In this document: positions 18,949-29,221 of the stretch, piece after piece
Layout: every line of letters starts with the position of its first letter
Numbering within the stretch: position 1 is the first letter of the stretch
Source: Sulfobacillus acidophilus
Lineage (GTDB): Bacteria; Bacillota; Sulfobacillia; Sulfobacillales; Sulfobacillaceae
DNA length: 64,000 bases
Direction: 5' to 3'
NCBI GenBank assembly: GCA_003023745.1
Contig: PXYV01000020.1
Span: 3,219-67,218 of the forward strand
The notes under the pieces: model-generated
Databases searched by the model: none
Told to the model about the DNA's origin: nothing
What the model saw: only the letters and a program-made list of their open reading frames with translations
Translations under genes and position numbers: made by a program

Positions 18949-21308
18949 GTCAAATGGTATTAGGGAGTCGCGTGTTGCGCAAAGAAGACGTGCGGTTAGT
19001 TGCGGGCCAAGGGCAATATACCGACGATATTCGTTTGCCGGGGATGTTGTACGCAGCGATTTTGCGAAGCCCCCATGCTCACGCACGCATTAAACAGGTG
19101 AATATCAAAGCTGCACAGGACATGCCCGGTGTGGTGAAGATCTACACAGGGGCCGATCTTCAGGGGAAGCTACAGTCGATTCCGACCGCGTGGATTCCGC
19201 CTGAGTCTGATCTCAAAATGGTTGCGCATCCTGCGTTAGCATCCGACAAAGTCCGCTACGTTGGCGATGGGGTGGCCATGGTGGTGGCGCATTCCCGATC
19301 GCAGGCCGAAGATGCGTTGGAGGCGATTTCTGTCGAGTACGAGCCGCTGCCGGCTGTGCACGATCAGTTGGATGCCATGAAAGACGGGGCGGTGCAGTTG
19401 CATGACGATGCGGCGCACAACGTGGCGCTGCATTGGAAGGTGGGGACGGAGACAGATGAGGCGTTTCGCACGGCCGACGTCGTGGTGCGCCAAACGTTTC
19501 GCCAGCAGCGGCTGATTCCCAATCCGATGGAGCCCAGGGCTGCCGTGGCCCAGTTTAACAGCGCCACCGGCGACATGACGGTCTGGGCCACATCGCAAAA
19601 TCCGCACATTCATCGCTTTTTAATGTCTGTGGTATTGGGAATTCCTGAGCACAAGCTGAGACTTGTGGCACAAGACGTGGGCGGCGGGTTTGGCAGTAAA
19701 ATTGCCTGCTATCCGGATGAGGTGCTGGTGGCGTACGCGGCGCGGGATCTTGGCGTTCCCGTGAAATGGACGGAAACGCGTGCGGAGCACTTTACGATAA
19801 CAACGCACGGCCGCGATCACGTGGACGAGGTGGAATTGGCAGGAACGCGTGATGGCCGGGTGTTGGCGATTCGCGTCAAAGCCTACGCCAATTTGGGGGC
19901 CTATCTCTCCACGGCTGGCCCCGGTGTCCCCACCATCTTATTCGGACTTATTGTCAACGGCGCCTACGATATTCCTCAGGCCTCGACGGAAGTGTATGGC
20001 GTGTTTACCAATACAACGCCGGTTGACGCCTATCGCGGGGCGGGTCGACCGGAAGCCACCTTTCTCATTGAACGCATCATGGACCGATATGCCCAGGAAA
20101 TTGGCATGGACCCGGTGCAGGTGCGGCGGGTCAATTTGCTCAAGAAGGAGCAATTTCCCTTCACCAACGCATTTGGCATCACATACGACAGCGGCGATTA
20201 CCATCGCGCCTTGGATCGTGCGCTCGAGATGCTGGACTATGCCGCGCTGCGGCGCGAACAGGCGTCGCTGAAAGCGCAGGGCAAATACATCGGGATAGGA
20301 TTTAGTACGTACGTAGAAATGTGCGGATTGGGTCCCTCGCAGGTCGCGGGCGCGGTTGGCTTTCAGGGCGGATTGTGGGAAAGCGCGACCGTTAGACTGC
20401 ATCCCAGTGGTAAGGCTACGGTTTTAACCGGCGCATCGCCGCATGGCCAAGGCGAGGAGACCACCTTTGCTCAGATTGTCGCGCAGCGGCTAGGACTGCC
20501 AGTCGAAGACATTGACATTGTGCATGGAGATACCGATCGCGTGTCGATGGGCTGGGGGACCTATGGATCGCGCAGCACGGCGGTCGGGGGCGGTGCTCTG
20601 GCGCAGGCATCGGACCGCATCTTGGCCAAAGCCCGAACGATTGCGGCTCATATGCTTGAGGTTCCCGAAGATGCGGTGCGATTTGAAGAGGGCAAATTCC
20701 ATCCGGAAGGCAACGCCACCAAAAGTGTGTCGATTCAAGATGTGACGCTGCAAGCGCACTTGGGGTGGAATCTTCCTGCCGGCTTGGAACCGGGCATGGA
20801 GGCCAGTGCCTTTTACGACCCGACGAACTTTACGTATCCGTTTGGAACGCATGTGGCCGTGGTGTCGGTAGATCCGGACACCGGTGAGGTGCGGCTGGTG
20901 CGCTATATCGCCGTGGATGACTGCGGTACCGTGATTAATCCGATGATCGTGGAAGGGCAGGTTCATGGCGGGATTGTGCAGGGTGTGGGTCAGGCTTTAT
21001 ACGAAGGGGCGCTCTACGACGATGCGGGACAACTGCTGACAGGGTCATTCCTCGATTACGCCATGCCCAAAGCCCGCTTTTTCCCCACAATCGAAATCGA
21101 CCGCACCGAGACTCCGTCTCCGCATAATCCACTGGGTGTGAAGGGGGTTGGAGAGACGGGCACCATCGCCTCGACACCCGCGGTGGTCAATGCCGTGATG
21201 GACGCGTTGTCTTCCTTTGGTGTGACGGACTTAGCCATGCCTCTTACGCCGCCCAAGGTGTGGGCTGCCATTCAGAACGCCCAATCGATGAAGGGAGGAC
21301 AATCATGA
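18945..21308 (+). CDS. coxL: Molybdopterin large subunit, form II CoxL / aldehyde oxidoreductase type
   Basis: VGGGFGSK, active-site loop AYRGAGR (not the form I AYXCSFR), PLGVKGVGE. Confidence 0.9.
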   Translation: MSQMVLGSRVLRKEDVRLVAGQGQYTDDIRLPGMLYAAILRSPHAHARIKQVNIKAAQDMPGVVKIYTGADLQGKLQSIPTAWIPPESDLKMVAHPALASDKVRYVGDGVAMVVAHSRSQAEDALEAISVEYEPLPAVHDQLDAMKDGAVQLHDDAAHNVALHWKVGTETDEAFRTADVVVRQTFRQQRLIPNPMEPRAAVAQFNSATGDMTVWATSQNPHIHRFLMSVVLGIPEHKLRLVAQDVGGGFGSKIACYPDEVLVAYAARDLGVPVKWTETRAEHFTITTHGRDHVDEVELAGTRDGRVLAIRVKAYANLGAYLSTAGPGVPTILFGLIVNGAYDIPQASTEVYGVFTNTTPVDAYRGAGRPEATFLIERIMDRYAQEIGMDPVQVRRVNLLKKEQFPFTNAFGITYDSGDYHRALDRALEMLDYAALRREQASLKAQGKYIGIGFSTYVEMCGLGPSQVAGAVGFQGGLWESATVRLHPSGKATVLTGASPHGQGEETTFAQIVAQRLGLPVEDIDIVHGDTDRVSMGWGTYGSRSTAVGGGALAQASDRILAKARTIAAHMLEVPEDAVRFEEGKFHPEGNATKSVSIQDVTLQAHLGWNLPAGLEPGMEASAFYDPTNFTYPFGTHVAVVSVDPDTGEVRLVRYIAVDDCGTVINPMIVEGQVHGGIVQGVGQALYEGALYDDAGQLLTGSFLDYAMPKARFFPTIEIDRTETPSPHNPLGVKGVGETGTIASTPAVVNAVMDALSSFGVTDLAMPLTPPKVWAAIQNAQSMKGGQS

Positions 21309-22153
21309 TTCCGGCAACCTTTAAATATCAGCGGGCCCACAGCGTCGACGACGCCATTGCCGCGTTGGCTAAGGACCCGGGAGCCAAGCTTTTGCAGGGT
21401 GGCCACAGCCTCTTGCCGCTGATGAAATTAAGGCTGGCACGGCCCGGCTTGGTTGTCGACATAGGCCAACTGGCGGAGTTGCGCACGATCGATGTGAAGG
21501 CAGACAGTGTCTTCATAGGAGCGGCGGTGCGTTACCACGAAATTGCCGATCATGCGCCGTTGGCTCAAGTTATGCCCGTCCTCAAAAAGACGGTATCAGT
21601 CATTGCCGACCCCCAAGTGCGTCACCGTGGCACGATTGGAGGAAGCGCGGCTCACGCGGACCCCACTTCCGATTTGGCCGCCGTGTTTTTAGCGGCCGAC
21701 GCGCGGTTTATGGTTCGGGGCCCCGGCGGAGAGCGCGTGATTCGCGCGGCCGATTGGTATGTGGCACCGTTAATCACTGCGTTGGCCAGCGATGAAGTGT
21801 TGCTTGGAATTGAATTTGCGCGGCCTTCGCCTGATCATCAAACCTACTTGAAATTTGCCCATCCGGCGTCTGGCTACGCACTGGCCGGGGTCGCGGCGCT
21901 CGTGTCCTACGATGCGACTTTGCATGTTACAAAGGCGCAGATTGCTGTGACGGGCGCTGGTGTTTTGCCGTTTCGGGCAAAGCCCGCCGAAAACTTTTTA
22001 ACGGGGGAGCGACTAACCCGCGAAAGTGCCGAACAAGCTGCGCAGTTGGGTGCGGACGCCGGCGAATACGAAGGCGACGTTCAGTATCCGGCGGAGTACC
22101 GGAAGAATCTGGCGCGGGTTATGATTCGCCGTGCGCTGGAAAGCTTAGCATAA
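21305..22153 (+). CDS. coxM: FAD-binding medium subunit (CoxM/CutM-like)
   Basis: MIPATFKYQRA, GGHSLLPLMKLR, DPQVRHRGTIGG; ATG 21305 overlaps the coxL stop. Confidence 0.92.
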   Translation: MIPATFKYQRAHSVDDAIAALAKDPGAKLLQGGHSLLPLMKLRLARPGLVVDIGQLAELRTIDVKADSVFIGAAVRYHEIADHAPLAQVMPVLKKTVSVIADPQVRHRGTIGGSAAHADPTSDLAAVFLAADARFMVRGPGGERVIRAADWYVAPLITALASDEVLLGIEFARPSPDHQTYLKFAHPASGYALAGVAALVSYDATLHVTKAQIAVTGAGVLPFRAKPAENFLTGERLTRESAEQAAQLGADAGEYEGDVQYPAEYRKNLARVMIRRALESLA

Positions 22154-22189
22154 GCGTCAAGAGAGGAGCGGCATCGGTTATAAGGACCG

Positions 22190-23140
22190 ATGCCGCTTGT
22201 GGTGGGGGGCGTGGTTGTGCAAAATCCGTTTGCCTCGGTGGCTGATCTGAACGCCCGACTGGACGCGTTAGGCTATCTGGCCGAGCCGGGATTGGCCACT
22301 GCGGCGTATTTAGCGCTTGCGTTGGAGCGCCCCTTGCTATTGGAAGGGGAGCCTGGCGTGGGCAAGACGGAGTTGGCGAAGGTACTCAGTCAGGCGTTGG
22401 GACGCTCGCTCGTACGCTTGCAGTGCTATTACGGGATTGACGTGAAAGGCGCGGTGTATGATTGGAATTATGCCCGGCAAATGCTGCATATTCGTTTAGC
22501 CGAGGATATGCCGGACGTATCGCGTTCACGGCAGGCCCTGGAGCGTGACATTTATACTCCCGATTTCTTGGTGAAGCGCCCCCTGCTGACCGCATTGACC
22601 GAGCGTCCTGCACCGGTCTTGCTGATCGATGAGGTGGACCGCACCGATGAAGCGTTCGAAGCGTTGTTGCTGGAGTTCTTGGGGGAGTTTCAGGTCAGCA
22701 TTCCGGAAATTGGGACCATCGGCACAGACGAAGCGCCGCTGGTCGTGCTCACTTCAAATAGGACCCGGGACATCCACGATGCGATGCGGCGGCGCTGTCT
22801 GTATTACTGGATCGACTATCCAACCCCCGAACGAGAATTGGCGATTTTGAGACGGCGATTTCCCGAACTGGGCCGCTCGTTGTTGCACGAAGTAGTCGGA
22901 TTCGTGGCCGCTTTGCGCCGCGAACCTTTAGTCAAGCCTCCGGGCCTGGCCGAAAGTGTGGAATGGGTGCAGGCCTTGGCGCAGTTGGGCCAAAAGACGC
23001 TGTCCTATGCTGTGGTCGAACGCACCTTAGGCTTGCTGGTGAAATATTATGACGATCTGGATTTGCTCCGTCGGCCGCAAAAATCGGGAATGAGTACACT
23101 GGAACGGGTGGTGGAGGAAGCCACAGGGACGCATCCATGA
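22190..23140 (+). CDS. coxD: MoxR-family AAA+ ATPase (CoxD-like)
   Basis: LLLEGEPGVGKT, LLIDEVD, LTSNRTR, RRCLYYWIDYP. Confidence 0.88.
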   Translation: MPLVVGGVVVQNPFASVADLNARLDALGYLAEPGLATAAYLALALERPLLLEGEPGVGKTELAKVLSQALGRSLVRLQCYYGIDVKGAVYDWNYARQMLHIRLAEDMPDVSRSRQALERDIYTPDFLVKRPLLTALTERPAPVLLIDEVDRTDEAFEALLLEFLGEFQVSIPEIGTIGTDEAPLVVLTSNRTRDIHDAMRRRCLYYWIDYPTPERELAILRRRFPELGRSLLHEVVGFVAALRREPLVKPPGLAESVEWVQALAQLGQKTLSYAVVERTLGLLVKYYDDLDLLRRPQKSGMSTLERVVEEATGTHP

Positions 23141-24288
23141 ATTCTTCAGGTAATCCGTTGGTCGAGAATCTTTACGGATTTTTGCGGGGATTGCGCTCGT
23201 TGCAGTTTGATTTGAGTCACGACGATTTTTCGAGTGCGATTCACGCCTTAGAGATGACCGGAGCAACTGATGCGGACACTTTTTATCGTGTTTTGCAAAC
23301 GGTTTGGTGTAAGAATCGCCAGGAAGTGGCGCTATTTGAATTGGCTTTCGTGGAATGGCTTTTGCTGCTACGACAGCCTGGCGCCAATCAGGTAGTGCGC
23401 GAGACGTTTCTAAGCGGGGTAGCACGGCGTCGGCGCCAGGACGGAATTCTCACCAATCCGTCGTGGTTTATGGGGACAGGCGACGGCCGCGCTGAACCGC
23501 AAACGGACATTTTATTGATGCAGGGCGCCAGCCAGCGCGAATTTTTGGACAGCCGCCAGTTGGACCGCTTGACGGACGAGGAAATGCATTTACTCATGAC
23601 ACTATACCGCCCTAAGCGCCCACTGTCGATGCCTTCGCATGGGAGTCGTGCCGACGTAAGGGGAGGTTCTTGGAATCCCGGGGAAACCATGCGTCGCGGT
23701 CGCGAGGGTTCGGAGTGGGTGCGCTTATACTTTGACCGCCCCCGGGTTGAACCGCTGGCACTGACAGTGCTCCTCGACATGAGCGGATCCATGGCGGGAT
23801 ATCACCGGCCTCTCTTACAATTTTTGCACGCGATGATGCGCCATGAACGTGGGCTGAAAGTGTACGCCTTTAGTACCAGGCTTACCTCATTAACACGTGC
23901 GCTAAAGCACTTTCACGTCGATCGGGCGCTTGCGGAGGTATCGAGCCTGGCGACCGATCGGGGCGGAGGTACGCGGATTGGCGAGAGTTTGCAGGTGTTG
24001 TGGCAGCGGGAGCGAGGGCAGGGCATATCCAGCCGATCCACGTTAGTGGTGGTCTCCGATGGCTTGGAAGAAGGCGACGGGTTGTTGGTGGACCGCTGGA
24101 GCGGGCGCTGGGAGAGCTATTTGCACCGCCGCACACACTGGTGGAATCCCTTTGAAGTAGTCTCGCCGGGTGCGCTTTCGACACCGTCGGCGCGATTTTT
24201 AGCCCGGCATGCGCATTATGCGGTGGTGCCTCATTTCAAAGCATTGCTCGAGGCTTGGTCTCAACTGGACGGAATGAGGGCGCTATAA
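23137..24288 (+). CDS. coxE: VWA-domain protein (CoxE-like)
   Basis: MIDAS motif DMSGSM, FSTRLT, GGGTRIG, VVSDG; ATGA-coupled to the MoxR gene. Confidence 0.85.
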   Translation: MNSSGNPLVENLYGFLRGLRSLQFDLSHDDFSSAIHALEMTGATDADTFYRVLQTVWCKNRQEVALFELAFVEWLLLLRQPGANQVVRETFLSGVARRRRQDGILTNPSWFMGTGDGRAEPQTDILLMQGASQREFLDSRQLDRLTDEEMHLLMTLYRPKRPLSMPSHGSRADVRGGSWNPGETMRRGREGSEWVRLYFDRPRVEPLALTVLLDMSGSMAGYHRPLLQFLHAMMRHERGLKVYAFSTRLTSLTRALKHFHVDRALAEVSSLATDRGGGTRIGESLQVLWQRERGQGISSRSTLVVVSDGLEEGDGLLVDRWSGRWESYLHRRTHWWNPFEVVSPGALSTPSARFLARHAHYAVVPHFKALLEAWSQLDGMRAL

Positions 24289-24357
24289 TGAAGACCGAGA
24301 GCGACGTCGCTCGGCTGGATTAGAGCCGCGGCGTGGAGACAGAAAGGCAGGAGACTG

Positions 24358-24804
24358 ATGCAACTGAAAGGTCAAAAGAGTATTGAAGCCAGCCCCGAGG
24401 TTTGTTTTCGTTTGTTAACGGATCCCGCCGTGTTGGTGCGGACCATGCCCGGCTTAAAACGCATGGAACCCATTGGCGATGGCACCTATCAAGCGGACAT
24501 GGAAATGGGCGTGGCGGCCATCCGCGGTCGATATTCGGGAACGCTGGCGATGCAAGACATCGTGCCGAATACCTCCTATCGGATGGTGATGGATGGTCAG
24601 GGGCCGGGCGGATTTGTCAATGTGAATTTGTCCGTCCAATTTGTGCCGCAGGAGGCATCGTGTAATGTGGTGTATGAGGGTGAGGCCAAAGTTGGTGGCA
24701 CCGTGGCGGGGGTGGGCCAACGCATGTTGTCGGGGGTAGCTACCTTTATCATGAATCAGTTTTTTGGCAACGTCGCTAAAGAGGCTAGAGAGGTGCAGCA
24801 ATAG
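24358..24804 (+). CDS. coxG: CoxG/SRPBCC-family protein
   Basis: LTDPAVL..TMPG, VGGTVAGVGQRML; no C-terminal TM anchor. Confidence 0.85.
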   Translation: MQLKGQKSIEASPEVCFRLLTDPAVLVRTMPGLKRMEPIGDGTYQADMEMGVAAIRGRYSGTLAMQDIVPNTSYRMVMDGQGPGGFVNVNLSVQFVPQEASCNVVYEGEAKVGGTVAGVGQRMLSGVATFIMNQFFGNVAKEAREVQQ

Positions 24805-24825
24805 CATCGGGGGAGATGGTGGCGA

Positions 24826-25851
24826 GTGTCCTTAATCCAAGAGGCGCGTTCTCTTATGGAAACAGCCTATGATTGGCACCGGCAGGGGCAGGCGGTGGCA
24901 CTTTTGACGCTGGTGGCGGTGCGAGGTTCGGCCTATCGTCGGCCCGGCGCCAAAATGGTGATGGCGTCCAATGGGCGCATGCGGGGCACGTTGAGCGGTG
25001 GCTGCTTGGAAGGCGATTTATTTCTGCATGCCGAAAAGGCGATGATCAGTGACGAGCCCATGGTGGCCCATTATGACTTGACCGAAGACGAGATGTGGGG
25101 ATTAGGCATTGGATGTAAGGGGCAAGTTGATATTTGGATCGAGCCGATGGACCTCGATGAGCCCTTTTGGAGCGCTTGGCGTGAAGCGCTGCAACGCGAT
25201 CAGGTGATGGTCTGGGGAGGTCAGCTACCCCAAGGGCTACGCTACTTCGCTGCACAAAACCAGACCTGGACAGAACGCCAGGGCCGTGCGGTAACACTTA
25301 ACGCACACGATCTGCAAGCTCTGGGGTCGACCGGTAGCGAGGAGGGCTATTGGTGGGATGTGTTGCGCCCTCCTGACCGTCTGGTGTTGGCGGGTGCCGG
25401 GCACGATGCCCGCCCTGTGGCGCGATTGGCGCAGCAAGTCGGCTTCGAGGTTGTCATTTTGGATCCGCGTGAAGCCTTCAATACCGATGAACACTTTCCC
25501 AATGCTCAGCATGTGGTCCGAAGTGCTCCCGACGTGGATCCCGACAGCGTTAAGGAAAGCTTTTGGGTGATCATGAATCATCATCAACGCCGGGACGAGG
25601 AGGCGTTGAAATTGGCGAGTCTCAGCCGACCTAAATTCGTGGGCGTTTTGGGTCCGCGGTCCCGCACCGACGAAATGATTGAACATAGTGGCGTTGCGGC
25701 TGACCAAATTCCATTGCACAGTCCAGTGGGACTGGATGTCGGCGCTGAAGGTCCCGAAGAGGTGGCCGTTAGTATTGTGTCCGAGTTGATGGCGGCGCGC
25801 AAAAACTTAACCGGAGGACCGCTGCATGGCCAAGAGCGAATCCACCGCTAA
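24826..25851 (+). CDS. XdhC/CoxF family Moco sulfuration/insertion chaperone
   Basis: GSAYRRPGAKM, GTLSGGCLE, GAGHDA, SPVGLDVGAEGPEEVAVSI. Confidence 0.9.
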   Translation: MSLIQEARSLMETAYDWHRQGQAVALLTLVAVRGSAYRRPGAKMVMASNGRMRGTLSGGCLEGDLFLHAEKAMISDEPMVAHYDLTEDEMWGLGIGCKGQVDIWIEPMDLDEPFWSAWREALQRDQVMVWGGQLPQGLRYFAAQNQTWTERQGRAVTLNAHDLQALGSTGSEEGYWWDVLRPPDRLVLAGAGHDARPVARLAQQVGFEVVILDPREAFNTDEHFPNAQHVVRSAPDVDPDSVKESFWVIMNHHQRRDEEALKLASLSRPKFVGVLGPRSRTDEMIEHSGVAADQIPLHSPVGLDVGAEGPEEVAVSIVSELMAARKNLTGGPLHGQERIHR

Positions 25852-26431
25852 TGGGGTGATGATGATTCTGGCTGCGGGATTGGCAACGCGCATGGCGGGT
25901 CGCAACAAGCCTGATTTACCCTGGCCCATCGGGGGGTCTTTGATAAAGCATCAAGAAGCCATGGCCTTTGAGGCTGGCTTTGAGACGCTGACCGTGGCGC
26001 GCAGCGGACCTGAGTCAGCCAGTCGCGTCGTCAATGTTCACCCCCAAGAGGGCTTGGCGTCTTCTTTGCAGTGTGGTCTTGACGCGGTGCGTACCCGTTT
26101 TGGGCCCGTCGCGGTCGGGGTGTTGTTGGCAGATCAACCTTTTGTGACAGTGTCCGATGTCAAGCGTGTATTTGCGGCATTTACAGGGCGGATGCCGGAA
26201 ATCCACGCCATCCGAGCCCGGTATCAGGGGGTTGCGGGGCATCCGGTATTTTTTGATGAAACTTGGGATGACGTGGTTCACGCGCTTAGAGGCGATGTAG
26301 GGTTGGGAGCAGTATGGGACCGACGTGGCGATGTGGGATGGGTCGATGTCGAGGTGGTGGGCCGGCCGTCTCCGAGCTTTGATATCGATACCGACGAGGC
26401 ATACCAGCAAGCGTTGCAGTGGCTGCATTAG
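25826..26431 (+). CDS. mocA: Molybdenum cofactor cytidylyltransferase-like NTP transferase
   Basis: ILAAGLATRM, LADQP, GHPVFF, DIDT. Confidence 0.8.
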   Translation: MAKSESTANGVMMILAAGLATRMAGRNKPDLPWPIGGSLIKHQEAMAFEAGFETLTVARSGPESASRVVNVHPQEGLASSLQCGLDAVRTRFGPVAVGVLLADQPFVTVSDVKRVFAAFTGRMPEIHAIRARYQGVAGHPVFFDETWDDVVHALRGDVGLGAVWDRRGDVGWVDVEVVGRPSPSFDIDTDEAYQQALQWLH

Positions 26432-26446
26432 GAAAGGAAGGTCGCC

Positions 26447-28402
26447 GTGACTTTCGACAATGAACCGATTGTATGGAGACCGAGCGCGGAGATTATTTCT
26501 TCCAGTCGCCTGGGGCAGTTTTTGCAGGCGCATCAGTTGAAAGATTTAGCAGAACTTCGGGTGCGCGCGGCGAAAGACCCGGCCTGGTTTTGGGATGCGG
26601 TGGTGAAAATGCTGGATTGGCCGTTTGAGACTCGCTATCACACGGTCTTGGATACCAGTGAGGGGTTGCCGTGGGCTCGGTGGTTTGTGGGCGGCACGTC
26701 CAATGTGGCATGGGCGGCGTTGGACCGTCATGTGCAGGAGGGCTACGGCCATCGCCTAGCGGTTATCCAAGAGACGGAGGCAGGGGCGGTCGCGACCTGG
26801 ACCTATGCCGAGTTAAAAGAACAAGTCGACCGTATGGCTCATGCGTTGACGGCTCGTGGCATTGAGGCCGGCGATCGCATCGCACTGTATTTACCGATGG
26901 GTGTTGAAGCCGTCATTGCCATGTTAGCTGCAGCCAAGATGGCCGCCGTCATTGTGCCGGTGTTTTCCGGATATGGCGCGTCCGCAGTAGCCACCCGACT
27001 AAAGGATAGTGGGGCAAAGGCGATGATTACGGCCGATGGCTTTACCCGGCGGGGACGGCTAATCGCGATGAAAGAGGAAGCGGACCAGGCTTTGAGGGAG
27101 CAGGAGATGGTACGTCTTCAGGTGGTGGTCCGACGCCTTGGGATTGCGGTACACATTGAAGATGGACGGGATTGGGACTGGGATGCCCTGATGCGAGAAG
27201 GATCTAATGCGCCCTATCCCACCGCGATCGTGCCGACCCACACGCCTCTTATGGTGATCTATACTTCGGGCACGACGGGGGCCCCCAAAGGTGCGGTTCA
27301 TACCCATTTGGGGTTCCCCCTCAAGGCGACGCAGGACTTGTGGCATGCTTTTGATTTGCGGCGCAACGACGTGTTGTTCTGGTATACCGATATGGGTTGG
27401 ATGATGGGACCCTGGATGGTGTACGGCGGGCTTGTCACTGGTTGCACGCTGGTCCTTTACGATGGGACGCCCGACTTTCCTGACGCGGCGCGACTGTGGC
27501 AGATGATTGAACGACATCAGGTCAGCGTGTTTGGCATTTCGCCGACCGCCATCCGCGGACTGATGGTGCATGGCGACGAACCGCCAATGCGCTATGCCCT
27601 CTCCTCCTTGCGCGTCCTCGGATCCTCGGGAGAGCCGTGGAATCCCGACCCCTGGCGCTGGTTTTTTGACAAGGTGGGAAAGACGCGCTGCCCCATTATT
27701 AATTACAGCGGGGGGACGGAAATTTCAGGCGGCATATTGAGCGCGTTTGTGAGCGAGCCGCAAAAAGCGTGCGCGTTTAACGGACCTATTCCCGGCATGG
27801 TGGCAGACGTCGTGGATGAGAACGGGCAGCCGGTTCGACACGAAGTCGGAGAACTAGTGCTCAAGGCACCGTGGCCTGGCATGACTCAGGGATTTTGGAA
27901 TAATCGCGACCGCTATCTTGACACGTACTGGAATCGCTGGCCCAATACCTGGGTTCATGGCGATTTTGCTTATGTGGATGCCGAGGGTTTTTGGTATATT
28001 CTGGGGCGCAGTGACGATACCATCAAGGTGGCGGGAAAGCGGTTGGGCCCAGCCGAAGTGGAATCGGTGCTGGTCTCCCATCCAGATGTCGCGGAAGCTG
28101 CGGCGATCGGTGTCCCTGATGCTGTCAAAGGCGAAAGCTTGGTATGCTTTGTGGTGATACGCCCACACCGCGCGATTGTCGCGGAGTCGACAGAACAGCT
28201 GAAGCAATACGTGGCGGCACATCTGGGTAAGGCGCTTAAGCCGCAAGCGCTGTACATTGTGTCGGAACTGCCCAAGACGCGCAACGGCAAAGTGGTGCGC
28301 CGAGCCATCAAGGCCAGCTACTTGGGCCTGCCCGCGGGCGATCTGTCTGCTGTCGAAAATATTCGCGCTCTTGACGCGGTGCGGTCAGTCCATAAAAATT
28401 AA
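26447..28402 (+). CDS. Acs-family AMP-forming acyl-CoA ligase
   Basis: YTSGTTGAPKG, NYSGGTE, GRSDDTIKVAGKR, LPKTRNGKVVRR. Confidence 0.9.
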   Translation: MTFDNEPIVWRPSAEIISSSRLGQFLQAHQLKDLAELRVRAAKDPAWFWDAVVKMLDWPFETRYHTVLDTSEGLPWARWFVGGTSNVAWAALDRHVQEGYGHRLAVIQETEAGAVATWTYAELKEQVDRMAHALTARGIEAGDRIALYLPMGVEAVIAMLAAAKMAAVIVPVFSGYGASAVATRLKDSGAKAMITADGFTRRGRLIAMKEEADQALREQEMVRLQVVVRRLGIAVHIEDGRDWDWDALMREGSNAPYPTAIVPTHTPLMVIYTSGTTGAPKGAVHTHLGFPLKATQDLWHAFDLRRNDVLFWYTDMGWMMGPWMVYGGLVTGCTLVLYDGTPDFPDAARLWQMIERHQVSVFGISPTAIRGLMVHGDEPPMRYALSSLRVLGSSGEPWNPDPWRWFFDKVGKTRCPIINYSGGTEISGGILSAFVSEPQKACAFNGPIPGMVADVVDENGQPVRHEVGELVLKAPWPGMTQGFWNNRDRYLDTYWNRWPNTWVHGDFAYVDAEGFWYILGRSDDTIKVAGKRLGPAEVESVLVSHPDVAEAAAIGVPDAVKGESLVCFVVIRPHRAIVAESTEQLKQYVAAHLGKALKPQALYIVSELPKTRNGKVVRRAIKASYLGLPAGDLSAVENIRALDAVRSVHKN

Positions 28403-28438
28403 GTGGCCGCCACGGGGCGGGCAACGGGAGGAATACAC

Positions 28439-29209
28439 GTGCTGCGAACCGAAAACGGGCTTAAATACTGCATGGCGGGAGATGGGCCAGAGGCGGTCAT
28501 CTGCCACCCCAGTTTAGGTTTGGGGAGGTTTTTGTTTTATCGCCTGATACCCCCGCTCTCCCGGCATTATACAGTGATAAGCTATGATCCGCGAGGCGTT
28601 GGGGAAAACCAGGCGTTAGAGCCAAACTTAGAGGACTGGGTAAAGGATGTCGGCGATTTGATGGCGCTAGCCCAAAAGCCTTGCCATCTGGTGGGCGTTT
28701 CACTCGGCACCTGGGTGATGGCGCGGGCGGCGGTGCGGTGGCCCGATGCCGTCAGGCGCTTGGTGCTTATTGGAGCGACACCGGGGTTTGCCGACGGAAA
28801 GGCCTTGGTCGAGTCGCGGCGTCAGCAATTGGCACAAACGTCCATGGCGGAATTTGCCCGCCAATACGCGAGTCAGACCTTGACAGCATTTGCGGAGGAG
28901 GAAGTGAAAGAGCAGTTGACCGCGGACCTTCAGACGCAAAGTGCCGAAGCCTATCTCAAGGCCATGGCCGAAATTTATTTCGTGGACAACGTGTCCACAT
29001 ACGCAGCCGTTCAAACTCCAACGCTGGTCTTGGTGGGAAGTCAAGATGAGCGTACGCCTCCTGACAGGGCGGATGCCGTCGCCGAACTGCTGGGGCACGG
29101 GTCGGTGCGAGTAGTGGCTAATGCGGGACATTTGGCCTTATTGGATCAGCCCCGCCGCGTCGCGGAATTAATCGAAGAATTTTTAGCAAGCGGAGTCGTT
29201 GATGACTGA
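28439..29209 (+). CDS. Alpha/beta hydrolase (PcaD enol-lactonase-like)
   Basis: YDPRGVG, nucleophile elbow GVSLG, GSQD, AGHL; GTG 28439 behind GGGAGG. Confidence 0.85.
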   Translation: MLRTENGLKYCMAGDGPEAVICHPSLGLGRFLFYRLIPPLSRHYTVISYDPRGVGENQALEPNLEDWVKDVGDLMALAQKPCHLVGVSLGTWVMARAAVRWPDAVRRLVLIGATPGFADGKALVESRRQQLAQTSMAEFARQYASQTLTAFAEEEVKEQLTADLQTQSAEAYLKAMAEIYFVDNVSTYAAVQTPTLVLVGSQDERTPPDRADAVAELLGHGSVRVVANAGHLALLDQPRRVAELIEEFLASGVVDD

Positions 29210-29221
29210 GTGAGGTGAAAC

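Noticed and set aside
18945-21308. Bona fide form I aerobic CO dehydrogenase
   Set aside because: The loop is AYRGAGR, lacking the Cu-binding Cys, and the gene order is S-L-M.
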